Below, piece after piece: positions 1-10,786 of a DNA stretch of 64,000 nucleotides. A program made the position numbers and the translations under genes. The stretch is from a virus. Position 1 is the stretch's first letter, and each line of letters starts with the position of its first letter. Location: IMG/VR virus record IMGVR_UViG_3300005805_000058, positions 26,269-90,268 of that record; one strand, written 5' to 3'. A model generated the notes under the pieces. The model did not search any database. It saw only the letters and a program-made list of their open reading frames with translations, and had not been told where the DNA came from.

Positions 1-1
1 G

Positions 2-3000
2 ACTGAAGCTTTTGAAGAAGGTGCACAGTTTGCAATTCAAACTGGAACAGATGCTTTCTTTAACAGAGCATATGAGAACAGAGAAGACATATCTAGCTTC
101 TGGAGTAATCTTGCTAGTGTGTTTGAAGGAACAATGAACGAAGGTATTGAGAAAACTCTTGATACAAAAGAAGGAATGGAAAGTATTCTTATTGGAGGTT
201 TGTCTGGTGGAATACAACAGATTAGAGGAAACGTTAAACAAGAAGGATTTTTTGGAACAGGAGGTGAGCGTGCAAGAAATACAGAAATTGCTCTATCTGC
301 GTTAAATAAAACAGGAACTCAGAAAGTTCTAAAGGATCAAGTGAACTTCTCTGCAATTGCAATTAACTCTCAAAGACTTAGACAAGAAGCAATTGCAAAC
401 AATGATATCCTTTCTGAAAAGGATTATGAAAGAGACTATGCTCTTTCCTACATCATGCCTCGTGTGAAGTATGGTAAAACTGATTCAATTTATGAAGAGG
501 TTGATAACTATGTTCAACAAGCAATGTCTGATGAAGGATTCAATGAACTTAAGAGTGAGGGAATCATTGCTGAAGATGAAACTAGAGAATCATTTATTAA
601 GAGAGCAAGTGGTGTAAAAGAACTGGCAAAGAACACAGAGAAACTATATTCACAAATAAACGACAGATATTCTGCTTATGTAGACAGTAATGGTGATCGT
701 ATATTTTCTGATGCTGTAGTTGATAGAATGGTGTATGCTGCTAGCAAGGTGAGTGATTATGATGTGAGAATACCAGATTTGAATGCCTCTCTCATAACTG
801 CTGGTATAGATACACAATCTGTCTTAGAAGGAATCATTGAAAACAATGAACCTTCAGTGGAAGCAACAAAAGCTGCTTTAGACAAGATAAACGCTATGAA
901 TATTATATCTGAAGAGAAGGACACTCTTAAGAGAGATCTTCAGGATATAATTGAACTGTCTTTGCGTAGAAAGCTCTTTATTGATGATTATGAAGGGATT
1001 AGAAGAAATCCCACTGCATACAAAGAAGTTGATAAGATAGTAGATACAGAAGAACCTGTTGTTGTAAAACAATCAGTTGTATCAGAAGAAACCAAAAGAA
1101 AGAAAACTGTAGAGAAAGAACTTGAGCTTGGTAAGGAATATTCCTTGAAACAAGTTGCAAAGGTTGAGAAGGGTAAGTTACAGCTTGCTCCAAAGATTAC
1201 AGTGATGTCTAAAACTCTTGGTGGAGAATATGAGGTGAGACTTCCTGATGGAACAGAAACATTTCTTAAACCAGAAGAGTTTAAGCAATACCAAGTAACA
1301 GAACAAGAGATTGATCCTAAGCAGATTGAAAGTATTGTAGATGAAGCTATAGACACTGTTCTAGCAAAGAAGAAATATAAGAACATTGATAAGCCAACAG
1401 AGAATAAACTTTCATATGTTAACTCTCTTGGTAATCAAGAACTTCTTAACGATATTGAGAAAGAAGTTGAGAGAAGGTCTGAAGAGCTTATTGCAGAGAT
1501 TACAAAAGAAGATGAACTTGCTGAGCAAGCTAGTTTAACAAAAGCTCTTGAAGAAACATCTGACATTGGTATTCAAACAACTGATATTAATACAGGATCA
1601 TTTGAACCAGATGCTAAGAAAACAGATCAAGAAGTTTTAGATAGTACAAAGCCTCCCGTTGAAGGTTATTCTCAGAAGGAGTCTCTTGCAGAACATCATG
1701 TTCGTGCTAATAGATTTGGAGCTAACTACTATTCTTTCCCTAACAATGAGAACTTCCGTGGTGTTATTGTAACACAGAAGAACGAAGCTCAGGTGGGTGT
1801 GCCTGGACTAATGCAGCATTTGAAGGATAAAGGTAAAGCAGGTGCTCCTGTAGATCCTACAAAAACAATAGCATTAGTGGTAATGGGTATTGATCCTATC
1901 ACTAATGAGAAGTATTTTGTAGGTGTTGATGGTAAAAAACTTGATAAACCCACGCTTGATAACACTATATACCAAACATTTCCTGAAAACCTAACATGGT
2001 CTGGTGGTGATTCTATGTTTAGAGAAGGCACTTCTGAGGATGTTAGAAAAGCTCTTATACAAGATTTTAACAAGTGGAGAGAGAATACATTACTGAATCC
2101 TTCAATAGACTTGTACAAGATACAAGCATCATTTGGTGTTCCTCAATATGAAGGTGAGCTTGATCAAAAGAATGTTTTCCAATTTGACTACACAGCAACT
2201 GTTCCTGTAGAAGATTCTGCACTTATTACAGAAACAGACTTAAGAACTAGAAGAGTGGTGGGTGTTCCCACTACAGACGGTGCTGTTGTGTATGGAACTT
2301 CTACATTTAATGATGTAAAAGGTGTTCCGTTGTTATACACTAAGAATGGACTTGTTAGACTTAACAATAGACAGATTAGCAAGAACGAAGCTTCATTGAT
2401 ATATGATGCAATAGTTAAACTATCTGACAACTTATTCAGAGATGGTAATCTCAAGAGCAACGAATCTGTAATGCTCTACAACTGGCTTAAGTCAGTTATA
2501 TACTGGGGTACTCCTAAAGATGCACAAGGTAATAGAAAGCGTGCTAGATTTAGCAGTGTGTTCTTTGAGAATATGGAACTTATCATGGGTAAGGAAGAAA
2601 AGAAGTTTTCTCTTAAACCCACTGAGCTCAAGAAGAACAAAGCTGCTATTATTGAGGAGCTACAGAAAATGTATAATAACGTAAATTCCACTCTTGTATC
2701 TGGAGGACAGACAAAAGATTGGAACAAGAAATATACAGAAATCACAGCAATCACTCCTGAAGGAATACAAACAAAAGAATGGAAGAACTATCAAACGTTC
2801 CTTCTTTCTGCAAAGAATCCTGATGGTAGTGCAAGAAATGCAAAGACTATTCCTCTCACAACTAGGATTAGACCTTTAAAGAATGCTGAAGATACAAACA
2901 GAAAGGGTATTTATTTCACAGTGATAGATAAGAAGGGTAACACTTCTCAAGAGGTGACACCCACTACCCCTGAGAAAAAGGTGGTTGTAAAACCTGCCAC

Positions 3001-6000
3001 ACCTGAAGAAGCTAAGAAGGAACAACCTGTAAAGCAGTTTGATTTAACAACAAAAGATGCTGAGAATATTTTACCTTCAAAGCTTGGAAATATTCCATTC
3101 AAAGTGGATATTGAAAAGTTCAAAGAAACAGATGGTACACAAGGTATATCTCTTCTTGATCCAGCAACAGATCCTGCATACAAGATAGTGCTAGATAGCG
3201 CAGTTGCAAAACTTGCAACAATACCTAACAGTGGTATTACAGAGGAAACTTCTGATGAAGATGCTATTAAAATAGCTGAGAACATCTTTAGAAACATTGT
3301 TAGAAATGAGGTGAAGAAGCAATTAGCTCCTGCTCCAGCAGTTGAAGGAACTAATTTACAAAACATGGCGCAAGCAGCATCTGCTATAGGAAATGCGCTT
3401 GTTGATAAGTTAATTGAAGAGATTGAAAAAGGAAGTTATTTCTCCAGTAAAAAAGAAGTAGTTGATGAATTATTAGAAGATGCTAGATTAAAAGATTACG
3501 AAGCTGTTCAAACTAGTAAACAGTTTGGAAAAAATACTGTACAAGGATATACTATAGTAAAAAAGAAAAAAGCTCCTGTTGTTACAGATGCTAAAGCTGA
3601 TATAGAAAGAAGAAGGCAAGAAGAACTTAAAAAAGAATTTGGTAGAAATTTAGAACTTGTTAAATCTGAACGAAAACCTGTTATATCAAGAACACCTGAT
3701 TTAGTTAAATTGTCTTCTGATCCAGAAATAGCAGATGCAAGAGCACAAGAAGTTATTGATAAATATAATGCAATCAATGCTAAATATGATGCAGAACTAG
3801 CTGCTTTAGAAGAAACTAAACCTACAGAAGTTAAAGTTGGATCAGAAGTAACTATTAATACTACAGAAAGTTCATTTAAAGTAACATTAAAAACATTTAC
3901 TCAAAAAGGAGATGCTGTTGAACTTTCCTATGTAAATAGATACAATGTACAAATAGGATATAGAGGTAAAGTTAAAGATGGTATTTTATATCCAACAGAA
4001 AGCTTTAATCCTAAGTCTGGATGGAAATCTTTATCTACAGCAACTTATGTTGATATCAATCTTGGCCAAGTGCCTGCAGCAAAACCTGCTGTTGCTCCTA
4101 GTTTACAAGATAGGATTAATCAAAGGAAACAAGCTGGACCTACCAAAAGAGGTAGTGATTTCAGAATGATGCTAGCTCAGGATATGAAGAAGTTCAAACC
4201 TGAGAACTGGAATGATGTTGAAAGATTCCTTAAAGCAACCTATCCAAACATCCCTGTATATAGAGTTAAGAATTACATTGTAGCTGCTAATGGAAGAAGA
4301 GCACACGGTATGTTCCAAGATGGTGCCATCTATCTATCTGAAACTGCAGAAGTGGGTACAGTGTACCATGAGGTGTTCCATGCTATATGGCAAACTCTTA
4401 CTAGTCCTGAAGAACGTGCTAACATTGCTGATGAATTCAGAAGCAGAGAAGGAATGTTCTTTGACAGAGCTAGTTTAAAGAATGTTAAATACTCTGAAGC
4501 TACAGATAAGCAAATAGAAGAAAAGCTTGCTGAAGAACTTAGAGATTATTTCCAAGAGGGTAAGGTTCCACAGAAACCAGCAAAAGCTAAACAATCATGG
4601 ATAGCTAGATTGTTTTCTGACATAGCTAACTTCTTCAAGACATTCTTCACTGGGGAGAATGCTAAATCAAATACAGAGAAACTATTTGCTAAAATAGGTT
4701 CTGGTTATTTCAAACAAGCCACTCCACATGACTCACCTCTATCCTTTGCTAAGAAAGGATTCATTGATGTAGAGAATGTTGTTGGTGGTGAGCTAGCTGA
4801 TTATAGCTTAGATGTATTCACAGGTGAGCAGGTGCATGACTTAGTGCAGCACATGACTTACATCACTGTAAGAGATTTGTTTGAAGAGAACGAAGGATTG
4901 TTTGAGATAACAAAAGAAAAGAAATCTGAGAGATTCAAAAAGCTCCAAGATGAACTTGGTGACTTGATGGCTGATAACATTACAGAGTTGGAAAGAATGG
5001 TAACTGAAGGAGAAACCACTGCTTCAGAAGCTGATATACTGATTGGTCATTATAACAATCTCTATGAGAACATAATAAACGAGTGGGAAGGTTTAACAGA
5101 GAAATTTGAAGAAAATCTCAAAACTTATTCAATTGAGTTTGATGAGAATGATGATATTAACCTAGCTAGTGATGAGAAAGAAAAGGATGGTCCTGGTACA
5201 GATGCTAGAAAGATAGACACAATGAGGAAAACTAACGCTGCTGTAAAGCTGTTGTTAGCTAGTCTTCCTGTTATTAGTCCTAATGGAAGTGAAGCACTTT
5301 CATCTATAGGTGGATATACATTGCTTCCTATGAGTGAAATATTCATGGGTGTTATGAACAATGTTCATAATTCTAGAAGCATGACAGAAATGTTAAATAG
5401 GATTAAGGCTATGGCAGCTGATGATCCTAAATACAGAAAACTGTACAACCGCCTCTCTAAGCTCAAGAATATAAATGAATTAACAGATGAGCATGACTTA
5501 CAACTTCTTGCTGCATTCTGGAGATCATTCAAAAAGCAAAGCCCTGATGTAAAAACTGTATACATCCTTGATAATGGAGACATTGTTGTAGGTGATGCCA
5601 ACTTCACCACTGCGTCTAGACAGGTGAAGGAAGAGTTCTTGAATAGCATAAAAGAAACAATCAGTAAGGGAAGTAAGTATTTTAAGAAAGCTGAGAACGG
5701 TAAGTCTTACATAGGAAATGAGGAAGCTATAAAGGGTGATGTTAAACTTGCTAAGGACAATCTTGCTGCACAAGTTTCCTTTATGAAGGAACTTGGAATT
5801 GAGTTTGATCTAGACAAACTTTCTATTATACCAGAAAGAACAAAGTTTGCTGAGGCGGTGAATGGTATTAGAACCAGTATTGCTGGTGCTAAATCTATAG
5901 TGAGTGTTGGTGGTAGATCATTGAGCATAGACGGACGCTTGCGTGAGCTTGCTGAGATTAAAGCTAAGATGGACAATCCTGAGTTCAGCAGTACATATTA

Positions 6001-9000
6001 CAATGTTAATGGTGAACTTACACAAACATTTATTGGTACAAACGCAGCTAGTGATTTGTATGACATGCTTTCTCAGATAAAGAATCTAAGTGAGCTTGAG
6101 AATACACAATACTCATACCTACTTACAGACAGCTTTGCGAAGAACTCTGTGTTCTTGTATAAGATGTTTGACAGAGAATCAGGTGATCGTATTGCTGATA
6201 CAGAGAACTTGATGAAAACAGGTTATGCTGATGGTATTGTAGATCAAAAGAAAGGTAAACAAATAGAGTCTTCTAGACTTAACCAAAAGCAAAGACTTGT
6301 ACAAGAGCTCAATCTTAATACAGCAGGATACTATCTAAACCTAATTCCTGGAGATGCGTCTATTGGATGGATGCAATACACAGGTAACACTATAGATAAG
6401 TCAGACATCTTAACAAGCTATAAGACTGTACATGACATCTTCAAAGGTTATCTAGAGGATGAGATTGCTCTTGCTAGGGAAAATCGTCCTGTTGTTGAAG
6501 GTAGAAAGTCTGATGAACTTCGTTTCTTCAAGGGCATTCTTGGTGATAAGTTGCAAGCTGACGTATTAGCTCAAGACACTATAAAGGATGTTTATGATGC
6601 TTATGAAAAAGAAATCAATGATGCAATTGATGCATTTATTAACAGACAAGTAGAAAGATTAAAGACAGACTTGTTAGAATATGGTGCATTGGTTCTTGAA
6701 GATAATAAGTATAAGACACAAGAACTTGCTTTTGGTAAAGAAGCAATGAGTGAAGAAGAGCTTAACACAGAACTTGCTGCTCTTTCCATCAACTTTGCCA
6801 TCAACAATATAGAGCTCCACAAACTCCTCTATTCTGATCCATATCAGTATAAGGATGAGCTTAAGCGTACAAAGAGCTTTAACTCTCCACGTCAGTCTAT
6901 TATAAATAGTTCTGATGAGATGAACACTGCACTTAATGTTACGTGGAACAAGTCTTTCAAAGAAGGGGACCCTGGTCATACAAACTTTGATAGAGATTAT
7001 TTTAGAGGTGCAACACTAGAAGACGCAAGTGCTACTAGCGATCTAAAGGATTATAAAATCTTTGAGGAAACAGATGGTGGTGGTATTATTTTACTTAAAG
7101 CACTTCGTAACTTTAAGCTAAGAGCTGGTGAGTGGGATAGTGACCAAGAAAAGCAATACAAATATGATATTGCTTGGGAGAAAAGAGATAAGAAACAAAA
7201 GCTCACAAACTCAGACAAGAATGCACTTAAGAAAGGAAACCCTGGTGTAAAACGTACATACACTCCAATTAAGCCTATTGTTTCTGGTAACAAAGCTAAT
7301 GGTAGATCTTATAATGATGTTGTCCTAGACAAGTTCGCTCTTTATCCATTCTCCTACAGAATCCTAAAAGAGATTAATCCTACATCAAATGCTGTTAAGT
7401 TATATGACAAGATGCAGAAAGAGGATGTTGATTATGCAGTGTTTGCTAGTGGTAGAAAGGTGGGTGCTGAGAATGTATTCCCTCTATACAAAGATGGTAA
7501 GTTTAATGAGGATGATTTTGTTTCTGAAGAGGAAAAGGAAAACCCTCTAGGTCCACAGACAGTGTTGAACATACCATTTGCAATAATGAGTATTCAGTCT
7601 GATGTTCCTTCTAAAGATGAGTCTCTTGTAACCAGAGGTAGTCAGATGACCAAGCTTGTCACTCTTGATATGATGGAAGCTGGTGTACCTATTGATTTCA
7701 AATCTGGAGAAGATTTCAATGCTAGATATGTAGCTTGGAATGCTTTGGATGAGGATGAGAAGATAGCAACATCTGAGCTATATAAAGAAATAAAGAACAA
7801 CCAAGATATTCTTGAAGCATTAGTTGAAGAAGGTGTTAATGAACTCACCAGTGAGTTTGGTCTTACAAAAACTCCTGAAGGATATAAGATTGACAGTATT
7901 GAGAAGGTTGCTGATGCACTTAGAAAAGAAATCACTAAGAGAGAGGTGAATGATAACATCAGTGCTGCTCTCAAAGGATTCAAGAATGGTGATACATTCC
8001 TTGAAGCCACTCCTGCATACCAGCAGATAAGAAACATTCTCTACTCAATTGCTGATAGAGCTGTAATGTCTCCAAAGATGAGTGGTGGTATGAAGGTACA
8101 GATTCCTTCTACCCTTCTTGAAAGTGGTGATAGGATTGTAGCTAAGAACGGTGCTCTTACATCAGATGTTCTTAAGTTCTATGAAAAAGATGGTGAACGT
8201 GTAGCTGAGATTATGGTGGGTAGATGGTTTGAAAGTGATATGTCTGATGAAGAATTATTAACCTACTTGAATGAAACTGAGGAAGGACAAAAGCTTCTTA
8301 AGGGTGTGGCATTCCGTATTCCTACACAGAAACAAAACTCTATTGATGTATTTAAGATAAAAAAGTTCCTTCCTGAGGAATATGGTGATTCTGTGGTGAT
8401 TCCTTCTGCTTTGGTTAAGAAGGTGGGATCTGACTTTGATATTGATAAACTCAACATCTATCTCAAGAATGTAGATGATTCTGGAGCAACACCAAGACTT
8501 ATTCCTTTCCAAGGAACATCAGAAGATGTAAGAAAGAGATTTAAAAATAGAAGAGATTTCAAGAAGTCTCTTGAGAATGGATATATTGAGTCTTTGGAGA
8601 AACTAGTTTCAAATCCTCTCAACTTTGAGAATCTAGTTAAACCTAACTCTGCAGATGATTTAAAAAAGATATCTAAGGATATTGTAAATAAACTTGGACT
8701 GGGTACGTTTGATTACAACGATCCTATTAACATGCTTGACAGAAGATTCATGTCTAGATTACGTCATGCGTTTGTAACAGGTAAGTATGCAATTGGTATT
8801 GCAGCTGTAAACCAAACCAACCACTCTCTGAATCAGCGTCAGCCTATTTATATTGATGTTAATAGAGCTGACTTGTCAAGACAGGATGCAGAATGGCTTG
8901 GTGATGGTTCAATTAAGTTTAGAGAATACAACACAATAGATGTTGATGGTAAGGCTAGACCTACAGTGTCAATGATTAAGAATAAGGCTGGAGATAACAT

Positions 9001-10786
9001 CTCAGATATTCTTGGTCAGATGATTGATGGATATGTGGATATCTCTAAGGATACATGGATTATTGAGATGGGTATCACTCCTAACGTAGCATCTACGTGG
9101 ATGCTTCTTGTAAAGCTAGGCGTACCTGCTGAAAGTGTATCTTATTTCATGAACCAACCTATCATTCGTGATTTCCTTCGTGAGCTTGAGAAGAAAGGAT
9201 CTACGTGGTTGTTTGATGTGAAGTTGATGAAGAGGATGATAATGAAGTATAAGGGTACAGGAATAAGAATCACTGAGATTCCTTCTGACAAAGAGATGCT
9301 TGAGATGATTGGTAAGAAGACTCTCACTGCTGTTGAAAAGACAGAACAGCAATTCATCCTTCGTGAGTTCCTTAAATACGCAAAGATGGGTCAACAGTTG
9401 TTCTATGTAACACAAGGAACCAACTTTGACACTAGCTCATTTAACGATCCATTCTTGTTATCTAAGAAGTTGTATATGCTAGACAAAGCTAGAAATACAA
9501 TATTCTCTTCAGCAGATGGACTACTTGACAACTCCTTCTTAGGAAAACTAAAAGATGGTATTGTTGATGTTAGAGAAGCTATTGCTGAAATCCTTAAAAT
9601 GGATAAGGGTAATGTTAGACAGCTTCTATTAGATGTACTTGCTCCATACTTTGATCAAAACGATAGAGACTTCATAAGAACATCTCAGAGAGCTGTAACA
9701 ACACTTATAGACTGGGCTGTACAAACAGAGAAGAATCTAAATGAGAAGATTGAAGAGTTCCTTCTTTCAAAAGAAAAGAACGTAGCTAAGAGAATCACTG
9801 ACTTCATAAACTCAATCAAGCCTGAAGATCCTATAGCTAACAACCCTGTTGTTAAGAATCTGAAGCCAAACTTTGCTGATCCTCTTGTAGCAGGCGAGGT
9901 TAACAATCTCTATCTGAAGAACAAGACTAACAAGGTGTATGATCAAAACCAGATTATATATGGATTCAAAGAACTTAAGAACTACTTAAAGAGCCAGAAC
10001 AATATTGAGCTATACAATGATTTAGTTACATTGTCTATTCTACAATCTGGTTTGTCACAATCTACAGTATCCTTTACATCTATTCTTCCTTACGATGATG
10101 TAAAAGAAACATACAATGATGTAATTGGTAACTTGTCAGCTAAGGCTAACCTCCAAGATTTCAAGAAATTGAATGTGTTCGAAAGGACATTCTGGAACTA
10201 TGATGATGTAGTTCCTCACAAGGAGGCTGAACGCAGAGTTGATTGGCAGACAGGATTCCCTACATACAATGAGAACATGCTGTTCAGACTAGACATCTAT
10301 AATGCAATGAAGAAGAAAGAACTTCCTATTCTTCTTAGAATACCTGAGAATAGCAAAGAAGCAAACTATGATGTCATTGTATACACATATGAAAAACAAC
10401 TAACTCCTGCAAAGAAAAGAGAAATGAGGCAGGCTGGTGACTATTCATACATAAACAAAGGACTGTTCAAGAAGGTGGGAATGGTTGGTAACAATTTCAT
10501 CTACAAAGCTATTAATGCTTGGGGAGATGGTATATATGCCAAGGAGTTCTACTCTGTTCCACAGAAATCTAAAATAGACAATGGTATATTTAAATCTGAT
10601 GAAACTATCACAGATGCAAAAATAATGTCTTATTTTGGCGTAACTTTGGAAGAACCAATACTAGAAGAAGATGTACCTTTGGAAGAACCTAGTGAGATTG
10701 TTCCTGAGCAAGCTGCAGAACAAAAAACTATAAAACCAGAAGGACTTCCTTCTATTGATGACACTAACAAAAACAATTGTGGATAA
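2..10786 (+). CDS. Giant virion-packaged RNA polymerase / ejection polyprotein of crAss-like phages (5'-truncated, >3590 aa)
   Basis: The frame is open from nt 2 (TEAFEEGAQ...), so the GTG at 119 is not the true start. Motifs: catalytic GSDFDIDKL (8432-8446, the DFDID variant of phi14:2 gp66), RIPTQKQNS, ETDGGG, PIKP, DKFAL.P, and zincin HEVFH (4367-4381). Confidence 0.9.
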   Translation, partial: TEAFEEGAQFAIQTGTDAFFNRAYENREDISSFWSNLASVFEGTMNEGIEKTLDTKEGMESILIGGLSGGIQQIRGNVKQEGFFGTGGERARNTEIALSALNKTGTQKVLKDQVNFSAIAINSQRLRQEAIANNDILSEKDYERDYALSYIMPRVKYGKTDSIYEEVDNYVQQAMSDEGFNELKSEGIIAEDETRESFIKRASGVKELAKNTEKLYSQINDRYSAYVDSNGDRIFSDAVVDRMVYAASKVSDYDVRIPDLNASLITAGIDTQSVLEGIIENNEPSVEATKAALDKINAMNIISEEKDTLKRDLQDIIELSLRRKLFIDDYEGIRRNPTAYKEVDKIVDTEEPVVVKQSVVSEETKRKKTVEKELELGKEYSLKQVAKVEKGKLQLAPKITVMSKTLGGEYEVRLPDGTETFLKPEEFKQYQVTEQEIDPKQIESIVDEAIDTVLAKKKYKNIDKPTENKLSYVNSLGNQELLNDIEKEVERRSEELIAEITKEDELAEQASLTKALEETSDIGIQTTDINTGSFEPDAKKTDQEVLDSTKPPVEGYSQKESLAEHHVRANRFGANYYSFPNNENFRGVIVTQKNEAQVGVPGLMQHLKDKGKAGAPVDPTKTIALVVMGIDPITNEKYFVGVDGKKLDKPTLDNTIYQTFPENLTWSGGDSMFREGTSEDVRKALIQDFNKWRENTLLNPSIDLYKIQASFGVPQYEGELDQKNVFQFDYTATVPVEDSALITETDLRTRRVVGVPTTDGAVVYGTSTFNDVKGVPLLYTKNGLVRLNNRQISKNEASLIYDAIVKLSDNLFRDGNLKSNESVMLYNWLKSVIYWGTPKDAQGNRKRARFSSVFFENMELIMGKEEKKFSLKPTELKKNKAAIIEELQKMYNNVNSTLVSGGQTKDWNKKYTEITAITPEGIQTKEWKNYQTFLLSAKNPDGSARNAKTIPLTTRIRPLKNAEDTNRKGIYFTVIDKKGNTSQEVTPTTPEKKVVVKPATPEEAKKEQPVKQFDLTTKDAENILPSKLGNIPFKVDIEKFKETDGTQGISLLDPATDPAYKIVLDSAVAKLATIPNSGITEETSDEDAIKIAENIFRNIVRNEVKKQLAPAPAVEGTNLQNMAQAASAIGNALVDKLIEEIEKGSYFSSKKEVVDELLEDARLKDYEAVQTSKQFGKNTVQGYTIVKKKKAPVVTDAKADIERRRQEELKKEFGRNLELVKSERKPVISRTPDLVKLSSDPEIADARAQEVIDKYNAINAKYDAELAALEETKPTEVKVGSEVTINTTESSFKVTLKTFTQKGDAVELSYVNRYNVQIGYRGKVKDGILYPTESFNPKSGWKSLSTATYVDINLGQVPAAKPAVAPSLQDRINQRKQAGPTKRGSDFRMMLAQDMKKFKPENWNDVERFLKATYPNIPVYRVKNYIVAANGRRAHGMFQDGAIYLSETAEVGTVYHEVFHAIWQTLTSPEERANIADEFRSREGMFFDRASLKNVKYSEATDKQIEEKLAEELRDYFQEGKVPQKPAKAKQSWIARLFSDIANFFKTFFTGENAKSNTEKLFAKIGSGYFKQATPHDSPLSFAKKGFIDVENVVGGELADYSLDVFTGEQVHDLVQHMTYITVRDLFEENEGLFEITKEKKSERFKKLQDELGDLMADNITELERMVTEGETTASEADILIGHYNNLYENIINEWEGLTEKFEENLKTYSIEFDENDDINLASDEKEKDGPGTDARKIDTMRKTNAAVKLLLASLPVISPNGSEALSSIGGYTLLPMSEIFMGVMNNVHNSRSMTEMLNRIKAMAADDPKYRKLYNRLSKLKNINELTDEHDLQLLAAFWRSFKKQSPDVKTVYILDNGDIVVGDANFTTASRQVKEEFLNSIKETISKGSKYFKKAENGKSYIGNEEAIKGDVKLAKDNLAAQVSFMKELGIEFDLDKLSIIPERTKFAEAVNGIRTSIAGAKSIVSVGGRSLSIDGRLRELAEIKAKMDNPEFSSTYYNVNGELTQTFIGTNAASDLYDMLSQIKNLSELENTQYSYLLTDSFAKNSVFLYKMFDRESGDRIADTENLMKTGYADGIVDQKKGKQIESSRLNQKQRLVQELNLNTAGYYLNLIPGDASIGWMQYTGNTIDKSDILTSYKTVHDIFKGYLEDEIALARENRPVVEGRKSDELRFFKGILGDKLQADVLAQDTIKDVYDAYEKEINDAIDAFINRQVERLKTDLLEYGALVLEDNKYKTQELAFGKEAMSEEELNTELAALSINFAINNIELHKLLYSDPYQYKDELKRTKSFNSPRQSIINSSDEMNTALNVTWNKSFKEGDPGHTNFDRDYFRGATLEDASATSDLKDYKIFEETDGGGIILLKALRNFKLRAGEWDSDQEKQYKYDIAWEKRDKKQKLTNSDKNALKKGNPGVKRTYTPIKPIVSGNKANGRSYNDVVLDKFALYPFSYRILKEINPTSNAVKLYDKMQKEDVDYAVFASGRKVGAENVFPLYKDGKFNEDDFVSEEEKENPLGPQTVLNIPFAIMSIQSDVPSKDESLVTRGSQMTKLVTLDMMEAGVPIDFKSGEDFNARYVAWNALDEDEKIATSELYKEIKNNQDILEALVEEGVNELTSEFGLTKTPEGYKIDSIEKVADALRKEITKREVNDNISAALKGFKNGDTFLEATPAYQQIRNILYSIADRAVMSPKMSGGMKVQIPSTLLESGDRIVAKNGALTSDVLKFYEKDGERVAEIMVGRWFESDMSDEELLTYLNETEEGQKLLKGVAFRIPTQKQNSIDVFKIKKFLPEEYGDSVVIPSALVKKVGSDFDIDKLNIYLKNVDDSGATPRLIPFQGTSEDVRKRFKNRRDFKKSLENGYIESLEKLVSNPLNFENLVKPNSADDLKKISKDIVNKLGLGTFDYNDPINMLDRRFMSRLRHAFVTGKYAIGIAAVNQTNHSLNQRQPIYIDVNRADLSRQDAEWLGDGSIKFREYNTIDVDGKARPTVSMIKNKAGDNISDILGQMIDGYVDISKDTWIIEMGITPNVASTWMLLVKLGVPAESVSYFMNQPIIRDFLRELEKKGSTWLFDVKLMKRMIMKYKGTGIRITEIPSDKEMLEMIGKKTLTAVEKTEQQFILREFLKYAKMGQQLFYVTQGTNFDTSSFNDPFLLSKKLYMLDKARNTIFSSADGLLDNSFLGKLKDGIVDVREAIAEILKMDKGNVRQLLLDVLAPYFDQNDRDFIRTSQRAVTTLIDWAVQTEKNLNEKIEEFLLSKEKNVAKRITDFINSIKPEDPIANNPVVKNLKPNFADPLVAGEVNNLYLKNKTNKVYDQNQIIYGFKELKNYLKSQNNIELYNDLVTLSILQSGLSQSTVSFTSILPYDDVKETYNDVIGNLSAKANLQDFKKLNVFERTFWNYDDVVPHKEAERRVDWQTGFPTYNENMLFRLDIYNAMKKKELPILLRIPENSKEANYDVIVYTYEKQLTPAKKREMRQAGDYSYINKGLFKKVGMVGNNFIYKAINAWGDGIYAKEFYSVPQKSKIDNGIFKSDETITDAKIMSYFGVTLEEPILEEDVPLEEPSEIVPEQAAEQKTIKPEGLPSIDDTNKNNCG

